Assembly: GCA_041576165.1 (NCBI GenBank)
Contig: JBFGLM010000007.1
Coordinates: 32,001-96,000, forward strand
Source of the DNA: Acidimicrobiia bacterium
GTDB taxonomy: Bacteria > Actinomycetota > Acidimicrobiia > Spongiisociales > Spongiisociaceae
DNA length: 64,000 nucleotides
Reading direction: 5' to 3'
Position numbers and translations under genes: made by a program. Every line of letters starts with the position of its first letter. The first letter of the stretch is position 1. The notes beneath the pieces were generated by a model. The model was not told the origin of the DNA. It was given only the letters and a program-made list of their open reading frames with translations, and searched no databases. Shown here piece by piece: positions 49,002 through 59,199 of the stretch.

Positions 49002-50483
49002 CTAGCCGGCGAGCAACGGCGGCGTGCGCTCGCGCCATGGCCGGGCGGCCTCGAGTTGCGCGCCGAGCCGAAAAAGCGTTGCCTCGTCTGCATAACGGCC
49101 CGTGAACTGGACGCCGACCGGCAGACCGTTGTGCCACGCCAGCGGCACCGACATCGATGGCTGACCGGTGACGTTCCACATCGGGTTGTTGGGGATCGAC
49201 TCCAGCGCCTGGATGCCCATCCGCTGTAGGACCCTCCGGATCACTGCCCGGCTGGGCAGTCGCCGGATCACCTCGATGGCGCGGCGTTCGGTTTGGGTCA
49301 GCGTCATCTCGCCCAGCACCCATGGCGGCCGCGCCAGCGTAGCCTCGACGAACACGTCAACCCCGTCCCAGAATGGAGCCATTTGGCGCCCGAGCATCCG
49401 AACATGGTCGATGGCCGCCGCCAGGTCTTCGGCCGACAAGCGCCGACCAGCCAGGCCGGTAACCCAGGTGCCCAGCTCGAAGAGGTCGGGGTCGGGAGAG
49501 CGCCCGGCGGCGTTCGCAGCCCGGGTGATCCCCAGCGCCGCGGCGGCTGCGCTGAGGACGGCAAGGTGAAACGCCACCTCGCTGGTGTCCACCCGGGGAT
49601 GGTCCTCCACCACTTCGTGGCCCAGTTCTGCCAGTAGCGCCGAGGTGTCCTCTATCGCTGCGATGCACACCGGATGCATTGAATGCCCGAGCATCGGAAG
49701 GGGCGACACCGCGATACGAAGTCGCCCGGGTGGTGCGCCGACCTCCTCGATGTACGGCCGGGTGGGGGGAGGCGGGTAGTAAGGAGCGCCGGGGTCAGGA
49801 CCGTGCGATGCGTCGAGCAGCGCGGCGCTGTCGCGCACGGTCACAGTGAGCACGTGATCAACCGACAGGCCGAACCATCCTTCACCCGTATAGGGGCCCT
49901 TCGGCGTACGCGCCCGGGTCGGTTTGAGGCCGAACACGCCGCACATCGAAGCCGGAATGCGAATCGACCCGGCTCCATCGCTGGCGTGGGCCACCGGCAC
50001 CATGCGGGAAGCCACAGCCGCTCCCGCACCTCCGCTCGAGCCACCCGCCGAGTGCTCCAGATGCCACGGGTTGCGGGTCGGTCCGAACAGTTCCGGTTCG
50101 GTGGTGGGCGCCATCCCGAACTCGGGAACGTTCGTTTGTCCCAGAATGGCCAGACCGGCCGACCGGTAGCGTGCCACCAGGTTCGAGTCATGGTCGGCGA
50201 TGGCGTGATTCAGCATCCTGCTGCCCATCGTCATTGGCGAACCGGCCACGGTTTGACCGAGGTCCTTGATGAGGGTCGGCACTCCGGCCAGCGGGGCACC
50301 CGGCGGCGGCTGCGTCCGGAGCGCCCGATCGTAGGACTTGTGGATGACCGCGTTCAGCGCAGGATTCAGCGCCTCGATCTGACGGATGGCTGCGTCGATG
50401 ACTTCCGAGGGTGCGACATCACCGGCGGAGATGCGCTCGGCCAGCCCGACCGCGTCGTGTGCGAGATATTCGTTGGGGTTCAC
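49002..50483 (-). CDS. Amidase signature family protein
   Basis: [25 protein letters not shown]. Confidence 0.93.
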   Translation of the reverse strand: MNPNEYLAHDAVGLAERISAGDVAPSEVIDAAIRQIEALNPALNAVIHKSYDRALRTQPPPGAPLAGVPTLIKDLGQTVAGSPMTMGSRMLNHAIADHDSNLVARYRSAGLAILGQTNVPEFGMAPTTEPELFGPTRNPWHLEHSAGGSSGGAGAAVASRMVPVAHASDGAGSIRIPASMCGVFGLKPTRARTPKGPYTGEGWFGLSVDHVLTVTVRDSAALLDASHGPDPGAPYYPPPPTRPYIEEVGAPPGRLRIAVSPLPMLGHSMHPVCIAAIEDTSALLAELGHEVVEDHPRVDTSEVAFHLAVLSAAAAALGITRAANAAGRSPDPDLFELGTWVTGLAGRRLSAEDLAAAIDHVRMLGRQMAPFWDGVDVFVEATLARPPWVLGEMTLTQTERRAIEVIRRLPSRAVIRRVLQRMGIQALESIPNNPMWNVTGQPSMSVPLAWHNGLPVGVQFTGRYADEATLFRLGAQLEAARPWRERTPPLLAG

Positions 50484-50807
50484 CGCACCTCCGTGCGTAG
50501 TTCACCCGTCCGGTCGGACGCCGTACTAGACCGGACGCGACACGGGAGAATGCCCATAACGTAGCCCGATGCGAGCGGCATGCTGGCGGTCAGGCTCGTG
50601 GTGGATCCTGACCGCTGCTCATGTTTCATGACATCAGGCTCGAGGTGTCGCACGGCGGCAAACACTCATCACGGTCGGATGCTCGGTGGGTACCGACACA
50701 TCGACTCCCTGAGACGGTTGCACTGGCGGGAGTTTCGGCGTGCGTCTGCGCGGCGCATCGTCACCTGGGGAGGGACCCAGCTGCGGCCAGCAGCTGGGCG
50801 GAGAAAG

Positions 50808-50841
50808 ACAATGGGCGGCTGGGAAACCGGTCGCCCATTGT
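50808..50841 (+). terminator. 15-bp hairpin with GAAA loop
   Basis: ACAATGGGCGGCTGG-GAAA-CCGGTCGCCCATTGT; G-U pairs favour the + strand. Confidence 0.6.
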
Positions 50842-50930
50842 TCGTCGTTCAGTAGATGGATGGCAAAAACGATGCCGGTATTAAGAACGGGCCGGTCGTA
50901 GCATGTGGAACTGAGGGGGGCTCATCCGCG

Positions 50931-51722
50931 ATGGCCACAGAATCACCGATGAAACAGCAATTGCTCACGCCTCTTTATCGTCTGTACGAGAAGCGCCTGC
51001 GTCGTCATCTGGACCGCAGCGCGCTTCCCCGCCACATCGGCATCATCCTCGACGGCCACCGGCGGTATGCCCGGGCCGAGCGGATGCCCGACTACAAGAC
51101 CAGCTACCGGGTGGGCATGGCTAAGTTCGAGTCGGTGATGTTGTGGGCGAAGGAGCTCGATATCGACATCACTGGCTGGGTCCTGTCGACCGAGAATCTG
51201 AAGCGCCCGGCCGAAGAGATCGAACCGTATTTCGACGTCCTGATCGAGTTGTTCGACCGCCTGCCGGTGCTGGCGCAACGGCACGGGTTCCAGCTTCGCT
51301 TCATCGGTAGTCTCGACGTGCTGCCGGTGCGCTTGGTCGAGGCGGCCAAGCGTGCGGCCGAGGCGTGCACGGCGGGCAGCCCAACGGTCACCATTGCGAT
51401 GGGCTACGGCGGCCGCCAGGAGATCGTGGACGCGTGTCGGGAGCTGGTCGATGATCTCGTGGCCCGCGGGGTGGAACCGTCCGAACTGTCCCAGCACATC
51501 GACAAGGACACCATTTCGGCCCATCTCTACACGGCCGATCTCCCCGACCCGGATCTCGTCATCCGCACCTCCGGCGAATCGCGGTTGTCCGGGTTCCTGC
51601 TGTGGCAATCGGCCTACGCCGAATACGCCTTCGTGGACGTCTTCTGGCCGGCGTTTCGCCGGGTCGATTTTCTGCGCGCCCTACGCGACTACACGCGACG
51701 GGAGCGTCGCTTCGGGCAATGA
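50931..51722 (+). CDS. uppS: Cis-isoprenyl diphosphate synthase (UppS family, Rv1086-like)
   Basis: HIGIILDGHRR, STENLKRP, GYGGRQEI, PDLVIRTSGESRLSGF, RRFG. Confidence 0.9.
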   Translation: MATESPMKQQLLTPLYRLYEKRLRRHLDRSALPRHIGIILDGHRRYARAERMPDYKTSYRVGMAKFESVMLWAKELDIDITGWVLSTENLKRPAEEIEPYFDVLIELFDRLPVLAQRHGFQLRFIGSLDVLPVRLVEAAKRAAEACTAGSPTVTIAMGYGGRQEIVDACRELVDDLVARGVEPSELSQHIDKDTISAHLYTADLPDPDLVIRTSGESRLSGFLLWQSAYAEYAFVDVFWPAFRRVDFLRALRDYTRRERRFGQ

Positions 51723-51789
51723 GCCCGTCCTCTGTTGAACCACGTGGCTCGAAACTGGCCTGCCGGCACCCGGCGCCTACACTCCCGGC

Positions 51790-51942
51790 ATGCGACGACC
51801 CAACCTTCGCGATCTGACGCTCAACTGGACGACCTCGGACCTCCCGCTCTCTGAGAAGGTGAAATCAGTCATCCGCAACAACTGGATCAAGGTTTCGACC
51901 GGCTCCCACTGCTGCGGCCACCACGGCGAACCCGGTTGTTGA
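51790..51942 (+). CDS. Small Cys/His-rich protein, 50 aa (not in ORF track)
   Basis: MRRPNLRDLTLNW...NNWIKVSTGSHCCGHHGEPGC; TACACT -10 element 6 nt before the ATG. Confidence 0.7.
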   Translation: MRRPNLRDLTLNWTTSDLPLSEKVKSVIRNNWIKVSTGSHCCGHHGEPGC

Positions 51943-52100
51943 GTAGGTCCTCCCGAGCCCGGTGCGGGCTCGCACGAGCACCATCATGAACACTGATCGG
52001 GCCGCCCGCAGCCAGACCGATCCTCGCGCGGCAGGTGGATGAGTCGCGGCAGACCTGCCCGGGCTTGCTGTGGCCTGACAGCCATTAGCCTCTTCGGCTG

Positions 52101-52652
52101 ATGAGCGGTACACGTGCAGCGCTGGTCGACCATCTGCGGACCACAGCCTTGAGAACCGATGGGCCGTTCGTTCTGCGGAGCGGTGCGACATCTTCTTGGT
52201 ACCTGGACGCCCGCCCCATCACCTATTCAGGCGCAGGAGCCTGCATGATCGGCCCTGTGGTTCTCGATCATCTCGACCCGACGGTGGAAGCGGTCGGTGG
52301 CATGACGATGGGAGCCGACCCGATCGCCCTGGCGGTGGCCATCACCGCTACCAGGGAAGGCAGGAGCCTGAATGCTTTTTCGATTCGGAAGGCCGAGAAG
52401 GACCACGGTACGGGCGGCCGGCTGGTCGGACCGGTGACCGCCGGGACGCGAGTCGCGGTGCTCGAAGACACGACGACCACCGGAGGAGCGCTCTTCGAGG
52501 CCATCGACGTGGCCGAGACCGAGGGCCTGGTGGTCGTCCAGGCCATCTCCCTGCTCGACCGTAGCGCCGGGGTCGTGGCGGCGGGTATGGGCGGGCGCCG
52601 GATACCGTATGTGAGCGTGATCACACCGGCCGATCTGGGAGTCGAGGCATGA
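52101..52652 (+). CDS. pyrE: Orotate phosphoribosyltransferase
   Basis: FVLRSG..S.WYLD, RKAEKDHG, VLEDTTTTG. Confidence 0.93.
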   Translation: MSGTRAALVDHLRTTALRTDGPFVLRSGATSSWYLDARPITYSGAGACMIGPVVLDHLDPTVEAVGGMTMGADPIALAVAITATREGRSLNAFSIRKAEKDHGTGGRLVGPVTAGTRVAVLEDTTTTGGALFEAIDVAETEGLVVVQAISLLDRSAGVVAAGMGGRRIPYVSVITPADLGVEA

Positions 52653-53458
52653 ACCCGGTTGTCGTCCGCCGCTCGGCGGTCCGGATGTGGTTGATCGCGG
52701 TCCTCGCTGTCCCGTTCGTGCTGTACGGAGCCGACTTGTTGCTGGAACGCCGGTTCGTCACGTCGGTCCTGAACCTCATCCACCCCGATGGCGAGCTGCC
52801 GGCCGTCGAAACCCGCGATCTGGCGTGGGCCTGGACCTTTGTGCTCGTTGGTGGCGGGATTGCGTTGTGGGCGCTCAAAGAGCTGGTGCTGCCCCGCAAG
52901 CTGATAGAAGCAGACGAGGACCGCCTGACGCTGCGCATGGGCGGCCCCCTGGCCAAGCCAGCCCGGATCCCCTGGTCCTCGATCAAGGAACTCGCTGCCA
53001 GCCGAGCGGCCGACGATGGAGATGTCTTTCCGGTGTTGGTGATCGAATTCTGGCCCGAGTCTCTGCCAGACGATCTTCCTGCGGCACCGTGGGGGGCCCG
53101 GTGGGTGGAGCCGACGTCGCTGGCGATGTCCGCCCGGGAATGGGACAAGCCGGTCACCCGAGTCGTTGAACTTCTGCGAGGTCTGATCGGCCTCGCCCGT
53201 GCCCGCTTTCCGGCACCGGCCGTCGAATCGCTGGCCAATCCGGAGTCCATCGAGCCGATCGAGTTGGCGCTGTTTGAACAACCGTCCGAATCACCGGCCG
53301 CGAGCGAACCCGAACCCGAGCTCCGGCAGCACTGGAGTGACGTGGCGGCTGAGCCGGACACAGACCGTGCCCATGAGCCTCGCTCGCTGCTCGATCTGCC
53401 GCGGTCTCGTTTCTCGGGCTCGCATTGGATCATCATCGAAGACGACGAAGCACCATGA
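52649..53458 (+). CDS. Hypothetical membrane protein
   Basis: Two TMs; ATGA-coupled to pyrE and to nfo. Confidence 0.7.
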   Translation: MNPVVVRRSAVRMWLIAVLAVPFVLYGADLLLERRFVTSVLNLIHPDGELPAVETRDLAWAWTFVLVGGGIALWALKELVLPRKLIEADEDRLTLRMGGPLAKPARIPWSSIKELAASRAADDGDVFPVLVIEFWPESLPDDLPAAPWGARWVEPTSLAMSAREWDKPVTRVVELLRGLIGLARARFPAPAVESLANPESIEPIELALFEQPSESPAASEPEPELRQHWSDVAAEPDTDRAHEPRSLLDLPRSRFSGSHWIIIEDDEAP

Positions 53459-54231
53459 CCGACGTACACGTAGGTGTCCACGTGGGAACTGCCGACCCGC
53501 TGACGGCCGCGGCCGTCCGCGGCGCCGATTTGGTGCAGATTTTCCTGGGCAACCCACAGTCATGGAAGAAGCCCCCTGAGCGAGCCGACGCTGAAGCCCT
53601 CGCTACCGCCGAGCTACCGATCTATGTCCACGCCCCCTATCTCGTCAATGTCGCGAGCGCCAACAACCGGATACGCATACCCAGCCGCAAGATCCTGGCC
53701 GATACGATCGAGGCCGCAGAGAGGATCCGCGCCGCAGGGATAATCGTGCACGGCGGACACGTCACCGACGATGAAGACGTCGCCGCCGGTTTCCCTCGCT
53801 GGCGCAAAGCGCTCGAGCAGCTCGAAACCGACATCCCGATCATTATCGAAAACACTGCAGGTGGCACGAACGCCATGGCACGCCGGATCGATGTGCTGGA
53901 CCAGCTGTGGGACGTCATCGGCGATATGAACCCCGGTTTTTGCCTTGACACGTGCCACGCCTGGGCGGGCGGGGAGAACCCGGATGGGATCGTTGATCGG
54001 GTGATGGACGCAATCGGTCGAATCGACCTGGTTCACCTCAACGACAGCCGTGATCCCTTTGACAGTCGCCGGGACCGGCACACCAACCTGGGCTACGGCG
54101 AAATTGACCCCGACTATCTGGTGGAAATCGTGCACCGGGCGGGAGCGCCGGCGGTGATCGAGACCCCCGGCGGAGTGGACATGCATCAGGCCGATCTGGA
54201 GTGGATTCGCTCGAGGATTGCCCGACGGTAG
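53455..54231 (+). CDS. nfo: Endonuclease IV
   Basis: HAPYLVN, IENTAG, CLDTCH, HLNDS, DRH, IETP. Confidence 0.93.
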   Translation: MTDVHVGVHVGTADPLTAAAVRGADLVQIFLGNPQSWKKPPERADAEALATAELPIYVHAPYLVNVASANNRIRIPSRKILADTIEAAERIRAAGIIVHGGHVTDDEDVAAGFPRWRKALEQLETDIPIIIENTAGGTNAMARRIDVLDQLWDVIGDMNPGFCLDTCHAWAGGENPDGIVDRVMDAIGRIDLVHLNDSRDPFDSRRDRHTNLGYGEIDPDYLVEIVHRAGAPAVIETPGGVDMHQADLEWIRSRIARR

Positions 54232-54298
54232 GCGGCCAGTCGACCACTTATAGTGGCATTGGGAACTCTTTTTTCCCGGCCTTCGTCACAATGAGTGT

Positions 54299-55183
54299 AT
54301 GAAGCCAATTGCCCTGGTCGTGGCGGCGGCCTTCATTCTTTCAGCCTGCGCCGGTGAGTCAGATCCCTCTGGGCCTCCTGCCCTCGAGCCGAGCGTCCAG
54401 GCAGCGCCGGCGGAAGATATCCGGTTCTCACCACCGGCCCTCACGCTGACGTCGGATGCCGGCGAGCGGGTAGAACTCCACGCGTTCGCTTATTGCTGGA
54501 CGGCTCCCGATGTTTCGCTGTGCGCGGACGGTGACCCTTGGTATTTCGGGGCGGAGACACTGGCCGGCGAAACCACGTTCTCCATGGTCTGGCCCCTCGA
54601 TGGCTGGTCCTGGACCGTAGAGGCCCGCACCCAGGATACCGACTGCAACGCGGTGCTCCCCCGGCTCACCAACCAGCGGGCCGGGACCCCGATCGTGGCG
54701 CCCGCCGGCGGAGAGCTGGTGTTTGTGACCGGACGGGGACCTGAAGGCGACGCAACGTTTGCGTTCAGCCCCGCTTTTGGTGCCGCGACGAGTGCGGTCG
54801 GGATGACGGCCATCGTCTCACTGGCGCCACCGGAGGTATCGCCGGTGGACGCGAAAGGCCTGGCCGTGCAGGTTTCGAACATTGATCAGCAACCCGACCA
54901 TTTCTCCGCCAGCGCCTTCATCGAAGGGTCAGGCGGCCGCGTCGCCGAGTTCGAGCTTGTGCCTGCTGCTTCCGGCGCCTGCTGGTCCGGCAGCTTGCAT
55001 GCTGCCATTGATCCAGATGCGCCCGAAGTTGGGCTCACGGGCTTCGGGCTGCCGCTGTCGATCAGCATCGATATGGTGATCGGCGATGTGGTATTGCGCA
55101 GCGACCCAGTCATGTGGCCGGACGATTTCACGACCAACACGGCGCAGAGCCCAGATCTGGCATTGAGTCAGCTGGGGCGCTGA
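54299..55183 (+). CDS. Hypothetical lipoprotein
   Basis: Lipobox LSAC; YCW...CADG pair. Confidence 0.75.
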   Translation: MKPIALVVAAAFILSACAGESDPSGPPALEPSVQAAPAEDIRFSPPALTLTSDAGERVELHAFAYCWTAPDVSLCADGDPWYFGAETLAGETTFSMVWPLDGWSWTVEARTQDTDCNAVLPRLTNQRAGTPIVAPAGGELVFVTGRGPEGDATFAFSPAFGAATSAVGMTAIVSLAPPEVSPVDAKGLAVQVSNIDQQPDHFSASAFIEGSGGRVAEFELVPAASGACWSGSLHAAIDPDAPEVGLTGFGLPLSISIDMVIGDVVLRSDPVMWPDDFTTNTAQSPDLALSQLGR

Positions 55184-55200
55184 GCCGGGTCAGGGAGATC

Positions 55201-55509
55201 TCAGGCCACTGCAGCCGGGTCGAAGGGTTCGATCATGATGCATTCGCCCGGGCATTCCTCGGCGGCTTCGATGGTGTCCTCTATCTGCGAATCAGGCACT
55301 CGCGCGAGGCCGCGGGCTCCGTCGGGTCCATGGCCTTCGCCGCTGGCGCCATCGAAGATGATCGTCCGATCGAAATGCCGTGCTTCTTCTTTCACAATCC
55401 ACAACCCGTCGTCCCGAGCCGTGAACACGTCGGGTGCGATCTCTTCGCAGATGCCGTCGCCGGTGCAGAGGTCCTGGTCGATCCACACCATCAGTCTCGT
55501 TTCTTTCAT
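55201..55509 (-). CDS. Single-cluster ferredoxin
   Basis: DQDLCTGDGICEEIAPDVF...EECPGECI; AAGGAG RBS. Confidence 0.92.
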   Translation of the reverse strand: MKETRLMVWIDQDLCTGDGICEEIAPDVFTARDDGLWIVKEEARHFDRTIIFDGASGEGHGPDGARGLARVPDSQIEDTIEAAEECPGECIMIEPFDPAAVA

Positions 55510-55748
55510 TCCACCTAACTCCTTACTCGCCGCCCATCCTCACAGCTGGGCATCGCCCGGGCACGATCCATGGGACCGCCGGCGCAACTGCACCGTAGCG
55601 GGTACCGGGGCCACTGGATCAATCCGCCCATGCCTGTGCGACCCGAAACGCGTACGATGTCCGCCGTCGTGATAGGCAATACCCTGCAACTGGGCGTTCC
55701 AAACGCGGGCCCGGCTTTCGGTGAATCACAGGGCAAGCAGAGCGCTGA

Positions 55749-58700
55749 TCAGACTCCGACCAGGTTCCCGAACCGGTGCAGCGTGCGGCTGATCGCCTGT
55801 TCGCGCAGGTACCACCGCATTTCGTGGCGACTGTTGGCGACCACCGGAGCGTCGATCAGGTCGATCTCCGCCTGGTTGGCCGCTTGCCGCAGGTCTGACT
55901 CCGGAGTACCGACCATCCGGATGCGGGACCATTGCGGCATCCGCTCTACGAGCCCCACTCCGGATTCCACAGTCACCCCAATACCCATGGCGGCGAGATC
56001 GGGCCAGCCCCGATGGGCGCTGACATCAACGGGTACGCCCGCAGCGACCACCGCCACCACCGATCGCAGAACATCACGCAGCCCGGCGTCGTCCCCGATC
56101 CGGATGACCACACACGGACGCGGCAGGTAGCGGAACTGGTTGGCTTCCACGGTCAGTCCGGACTCGTCCCGAATTCGGCCGAACTGGCGGTCCCACCAGT
56201 ACCCATCGCTGGCGGCCGCGGCTCGCAGCCAGGTCAGGTCCTCGTCGGCGAGGCCCTTGAACCGGCCGATGACCTCGCGGACCGGCTGACGCGGCTCGAT
56301 GCCGTGCCGGGGAGGGCCGGTCGAGGTCCAGGTGCCCAACTGGATCACGTAGTTCGCGCCGCCTGCTTTGGCCCCCGGTCCAACCACCGACCGTTTCCAA
56401 CCTCCGAAGGGTTGGCGCCGGACGATTGCGCCGGTGATGTGGCGGTTGACGTACGTGTTGCCGACTTCGACCCGGTCGATCCAGCGGTCCACCTCGTGCG
56501 GATCAAGGCTGTGGATACCACCCGTCAGGCCATAGGCGCTGGCGTTCTGGAGCTCAATCGCGTGGTCGAGGTCCCGGGCGTGCATCAGGCCCAGTACGGG
56601 ACCGAAGCACTCGGTCTGATGGAACCACGAGCCGGGTCGGACATCGTCCAGGATTCCCGGCGACCACAGCCGCCCGGCGTCGTCCAGCTGTCTGGGCCGC
56701 AACAACCACCGTACATCCGTGGCGGTCAACGCCCGGTGCAGCGGCCCCTCCGGCGGGCGGATAACCGGGCCCATCACAGTTTCCAACTGGTCCGTGTAGC
56801 CGAGCGCCATGCTCTCGGTGGCATCGATCACCTGGCGTCGGAACCGGTCCGAGCTATACAGGTCACCGACGAGGATGGCGAGGCTGGCGGCGGAGCATTT
56901 CTGGCCGGAGTGACCGAACGCCGATTTCACCAGGTCGGCTGCCGCCAGGTCGATATCGGCGTGGGGCGTGACGATGATCGCGTTCTTCCCGCTGGTCTCG
57001 GCGAACAGCCGTATGTCTGGTTTCCACGTCTTGAACAGCCTGGCGGTCTCCCAGCTTCCGGTCAGGATCACACCGTCGACACTGGCGTGGGTGATCAGGT
57101 GGCGCCCCACGTCATCGTCGGGGGTGCGGACAAACTGGAGTGCCTCGGCAGGCACACCGCCTGCCCAGCAAGCCTCGGCCACCAGCTCGGCGCAGCGAGG
57201 TGTCTCGGGTGCGGGCTTGAAGACCACGGCATTGCCGGCGGCGAGCGATGCCAGCACCCCGCCGGCAGGGATGGCCACCGGGAAGTTCCACGGCGGCACG
57301 ACCGCCACCACTCCGAGTGGCGTGAACACCGATCCGTCGTCGGGAGCAGTATCGAGGGCCCGATCGGCGTAGTAGCGGGCGAAGTCGATGGCTTCGCTGA
57401 CCTCGGGATCGGCTTGCGAGAACGTCTTCGAGCCCTCGTGCATCATGGCCGCGATCAGGTCTCCACGCCTGACTGCCAGCTCATGGGCCACGTCGAGCAG
57501 GATGGCCCGCCGTTCGGCGGGTGGCAGCTGCGCCCAGGTCTTGGCGCCCTCAACGGCCGTCGCCACCCGCCCATCGATCGCCGATCTGGTGGTCGTCAGC
57601 GGCTCGGCCACCGGTGCCGGCCGGCGGCCGGCGACCTCACGGATCCACTCCTGATTGGGAGCGAGTACGGGATCGGTATCCGGCTCGTTCGAGAACGGGG
57701 CATCGATTGGCCGGCGTACCGGCGGTTGCCCCCGATTCTGGGTGCGGCGCGGACCGGCCGAGACCGCTCCGCGCATATCGAGCGACTGTCGAAATATCTG
57801 CTCTTGCTCTCGGAATGCGGCGGAACCCGGGGCCAGCGAGAAAAGCGAGTGGAGGAAGTTGTCTTTCGAGGCGTTTTCCTCGAGCCGGCGAAACAGGTAG
57901 GCGATCGCCACATCGAAGTCCGTGTCGGCCACGACAGGGGTATAGAGCAACATCGTGCCGGTGTCGGTGTGGACGACATCTGCCTGCGAAGGGGCCATGC
58001 CTTGGAGCATTTCGAACTCGACCCGATCGGCTACGTCGCGGCGGCCGGCGAGCAGATGGGTCCAGGCGATATCGAACAGGTTGTGGCTGCCGATACCGAT
58101 GCGCACACCAGACAGGCGGTCAGAAACGAGCACCCAGTCGATGCATCGCTTGTAGTTGGCGTCGGTCTCGACCTTCGTGAGGTAGGGGGCCTGCTCCCAG
58201 CCGTGGATCTCGGCTTCGACCCGCTCCATGGCGAGGTTTGCCCCTTTTACGAGCCGTATCTTGATCCAGCCGCCTCCGCGAGCGTGGCGCTGGTTGGCCC
58301 ATGCCACGAGGCGCTGCAAGGCCGGGAATGAGTCCGGGAGATAAGCCTGTAGCACGATGCCGGCATCGAGGGCCGGCCGCAGGTCGAGCTGGTGCATGAA
58401 GGCATCGAGCGTCAGGTCGAGATCCCGGTATTCCTCCATGTCGAGGTTGACGAATGTCCGGGGTTCAGCAGCGGCTGCGGCGTCATACAGCCGCCCGAGC
58501 CGGTCCTCGATCCGGGCCAGGGTGGCGTCGTAGGCCCACAGATCAAGCTGGCTGGCGATCGACGAGATCTTGACCGACACATAATCCACATCCGGTCGCG
58601 CGACGAGCGCCAGCGTCCGATCAAAGCGACGTTGCGCCTCCGCTTCGCCCAAGATCGTCTCCCCGAGCAGGTTCACGTTCATGGCGAGACCATGCTGGCG

Positions 58701-59147
58701 CTGGCGTGCCAGGTGCCTGGTCAGCTCGTCCGGGTCGGCATCGGCCACCAGGTGCCCGACCAAAGCGCGCATGCGGCGACGGGCGAGCGGCACCACCACT
58801 TTGGGCAGACGCGTCGCCAGGGCGGCGCCGACCTTCAGCAGCAGGCGGTCGACGGACGAGAGGAAGGTTGGCAGCGGATAGTCGGCTACGAGCGTCGCGA
58901 GCTGGTGGGCGGCGGCCCGGTCGTCTTCGGGTCGAGTGACCCGATCGACGAACCGCATGGTGAAAGCCACCGATTCAGGGTCCTGAATCAGCTCGGACAG
59001 GCGCTGGGCCAGCACGCGCTCGTCGCGCCCGGTGGCCGCCTTCGACCGTTCCAGCCAGCGCTGGACGAACTCGACTGCGCCGTCAGCGAGGCCGCCCCCG
59101 TCGTTGGCGGATTCGGTGCGCGTCGCGGCCGGCGGGTTATCCACCAT
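55749..59147 (-). CDS. putA: Bifunctional proline dehydrogenase / P5C dehydrogenase
   Basis: NLDMEEY, RLVKGAN, AYLFRRLEEN, PPWNFP, ETSGKN, GQKCSA, ECFGP; start at ATG 59147. Confidence 0.95.
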   Translation of the reverse strand: MVDNPPAATRTESANDGGGLADGAVEFVQRWLERSKAATGRDERVLAQRLSELIQDPESVAFTMRFVDRVTRPEDDRAAAHQLATLVADYPLPTFLSSVDRLLLKVGAALATRLPKVVVPLARRRMRALVGHLVADADPDELTRHLARQRQHGLAMNVNLLGETILGEAEAQRRFDRTLALVARPDVDYVSVKISSIASQLDLWAYDATLARIEDRLGRLYDAAAAAEPRTFVNLDMEEYRDLDLTLDAFMHQLDLRPALDAGIVLQAYLPDSFPALQRLVAWANQRHARGGGWIKIRLVKGANLAMERVEAEIHGWEQAPYLTKVETDANYKRCIDWVLVSDRLSGVRIGIGSHNLFDIAWTHLLAGRRDVADRVEFEMLQGMAPSQADVVHTDTGTMLLYTPVVADTDFDVAIAYLFRRLEENASKDNFLHSLFSLAPGSAAFREQEQIFRQSLDMRGAVSAGPRRTQNRGQPPVRRPIDAPFSNEPDTDPVLAPNQEWIREVAGRRPAPVAEPLTTTRSAIDGRVATAVEGAKTWAQLPPAERRAILLDVAHELAVRRGDLIAAMMHEGSKTFSQADPEVSEAIDFARYYADRALDTAPDDGSVFTPLGVVAVVPPWNFPVAIPAGGVLASLAAGNAVVFKPAPETPRCAELVAEACWAGGVPAEALQFVRTPDDDVGRHLITHASVDGVILTGSWETARLFKTWKPDIRLFAETSGKNAIIVTPHADIDLAAADLVKSAFGHSGQKCSAASLAILVGDLYSSDRFRRQVIDATESMALGYTDQLETVMGPVIRPPEGPLHRALTATDVRWLLRPRQLDDAGRLWSPGILDDVRPGSWFHQTECFGPVLGLMHARDLDHAIELQNASAYGLTGGIHSLDPHEVDRWIDRVEVGNTYVNRHITGAIVRRQPFGGWKRSVVGPGAKAGGANYVIQLGTWTSTGPPRHGIEPRQPVREVIGRFKGLADEDLTWLRAAAASDGYWWDRQFGRIRDESGLTVEANQFRYLPRPCVVIRIGDDAGLRDVLRSVVAVVAAGVPVDVSAHRGWPDLAAMGIGVTVESGVGLVERMPQWSRIRMVGTPESDLRQAANQAEIDLIDAPVVANSRHEMRWYLREQAISRTLHRFGNLVGV

Positions 59148-59199
59148 GGGCCCATAGTGACAAATCCGGCAGGTTCCGTCTTGTACGATCCGGCCATCG

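Noticed and set aside
50640-50760. yybP-ykoY or another known riboswitch
   Set aside because: Partial words (CATCACGG, TGAGAC) are present but the GGGGAGUA core is absent.
55932-58331. 799-aa + strand ORF, and similar long ORFs at 2677-4014, 6654-7994 and 30550-31854
   Set aside because: Antisense shadows of high-GC genes with no recognisable motifs.
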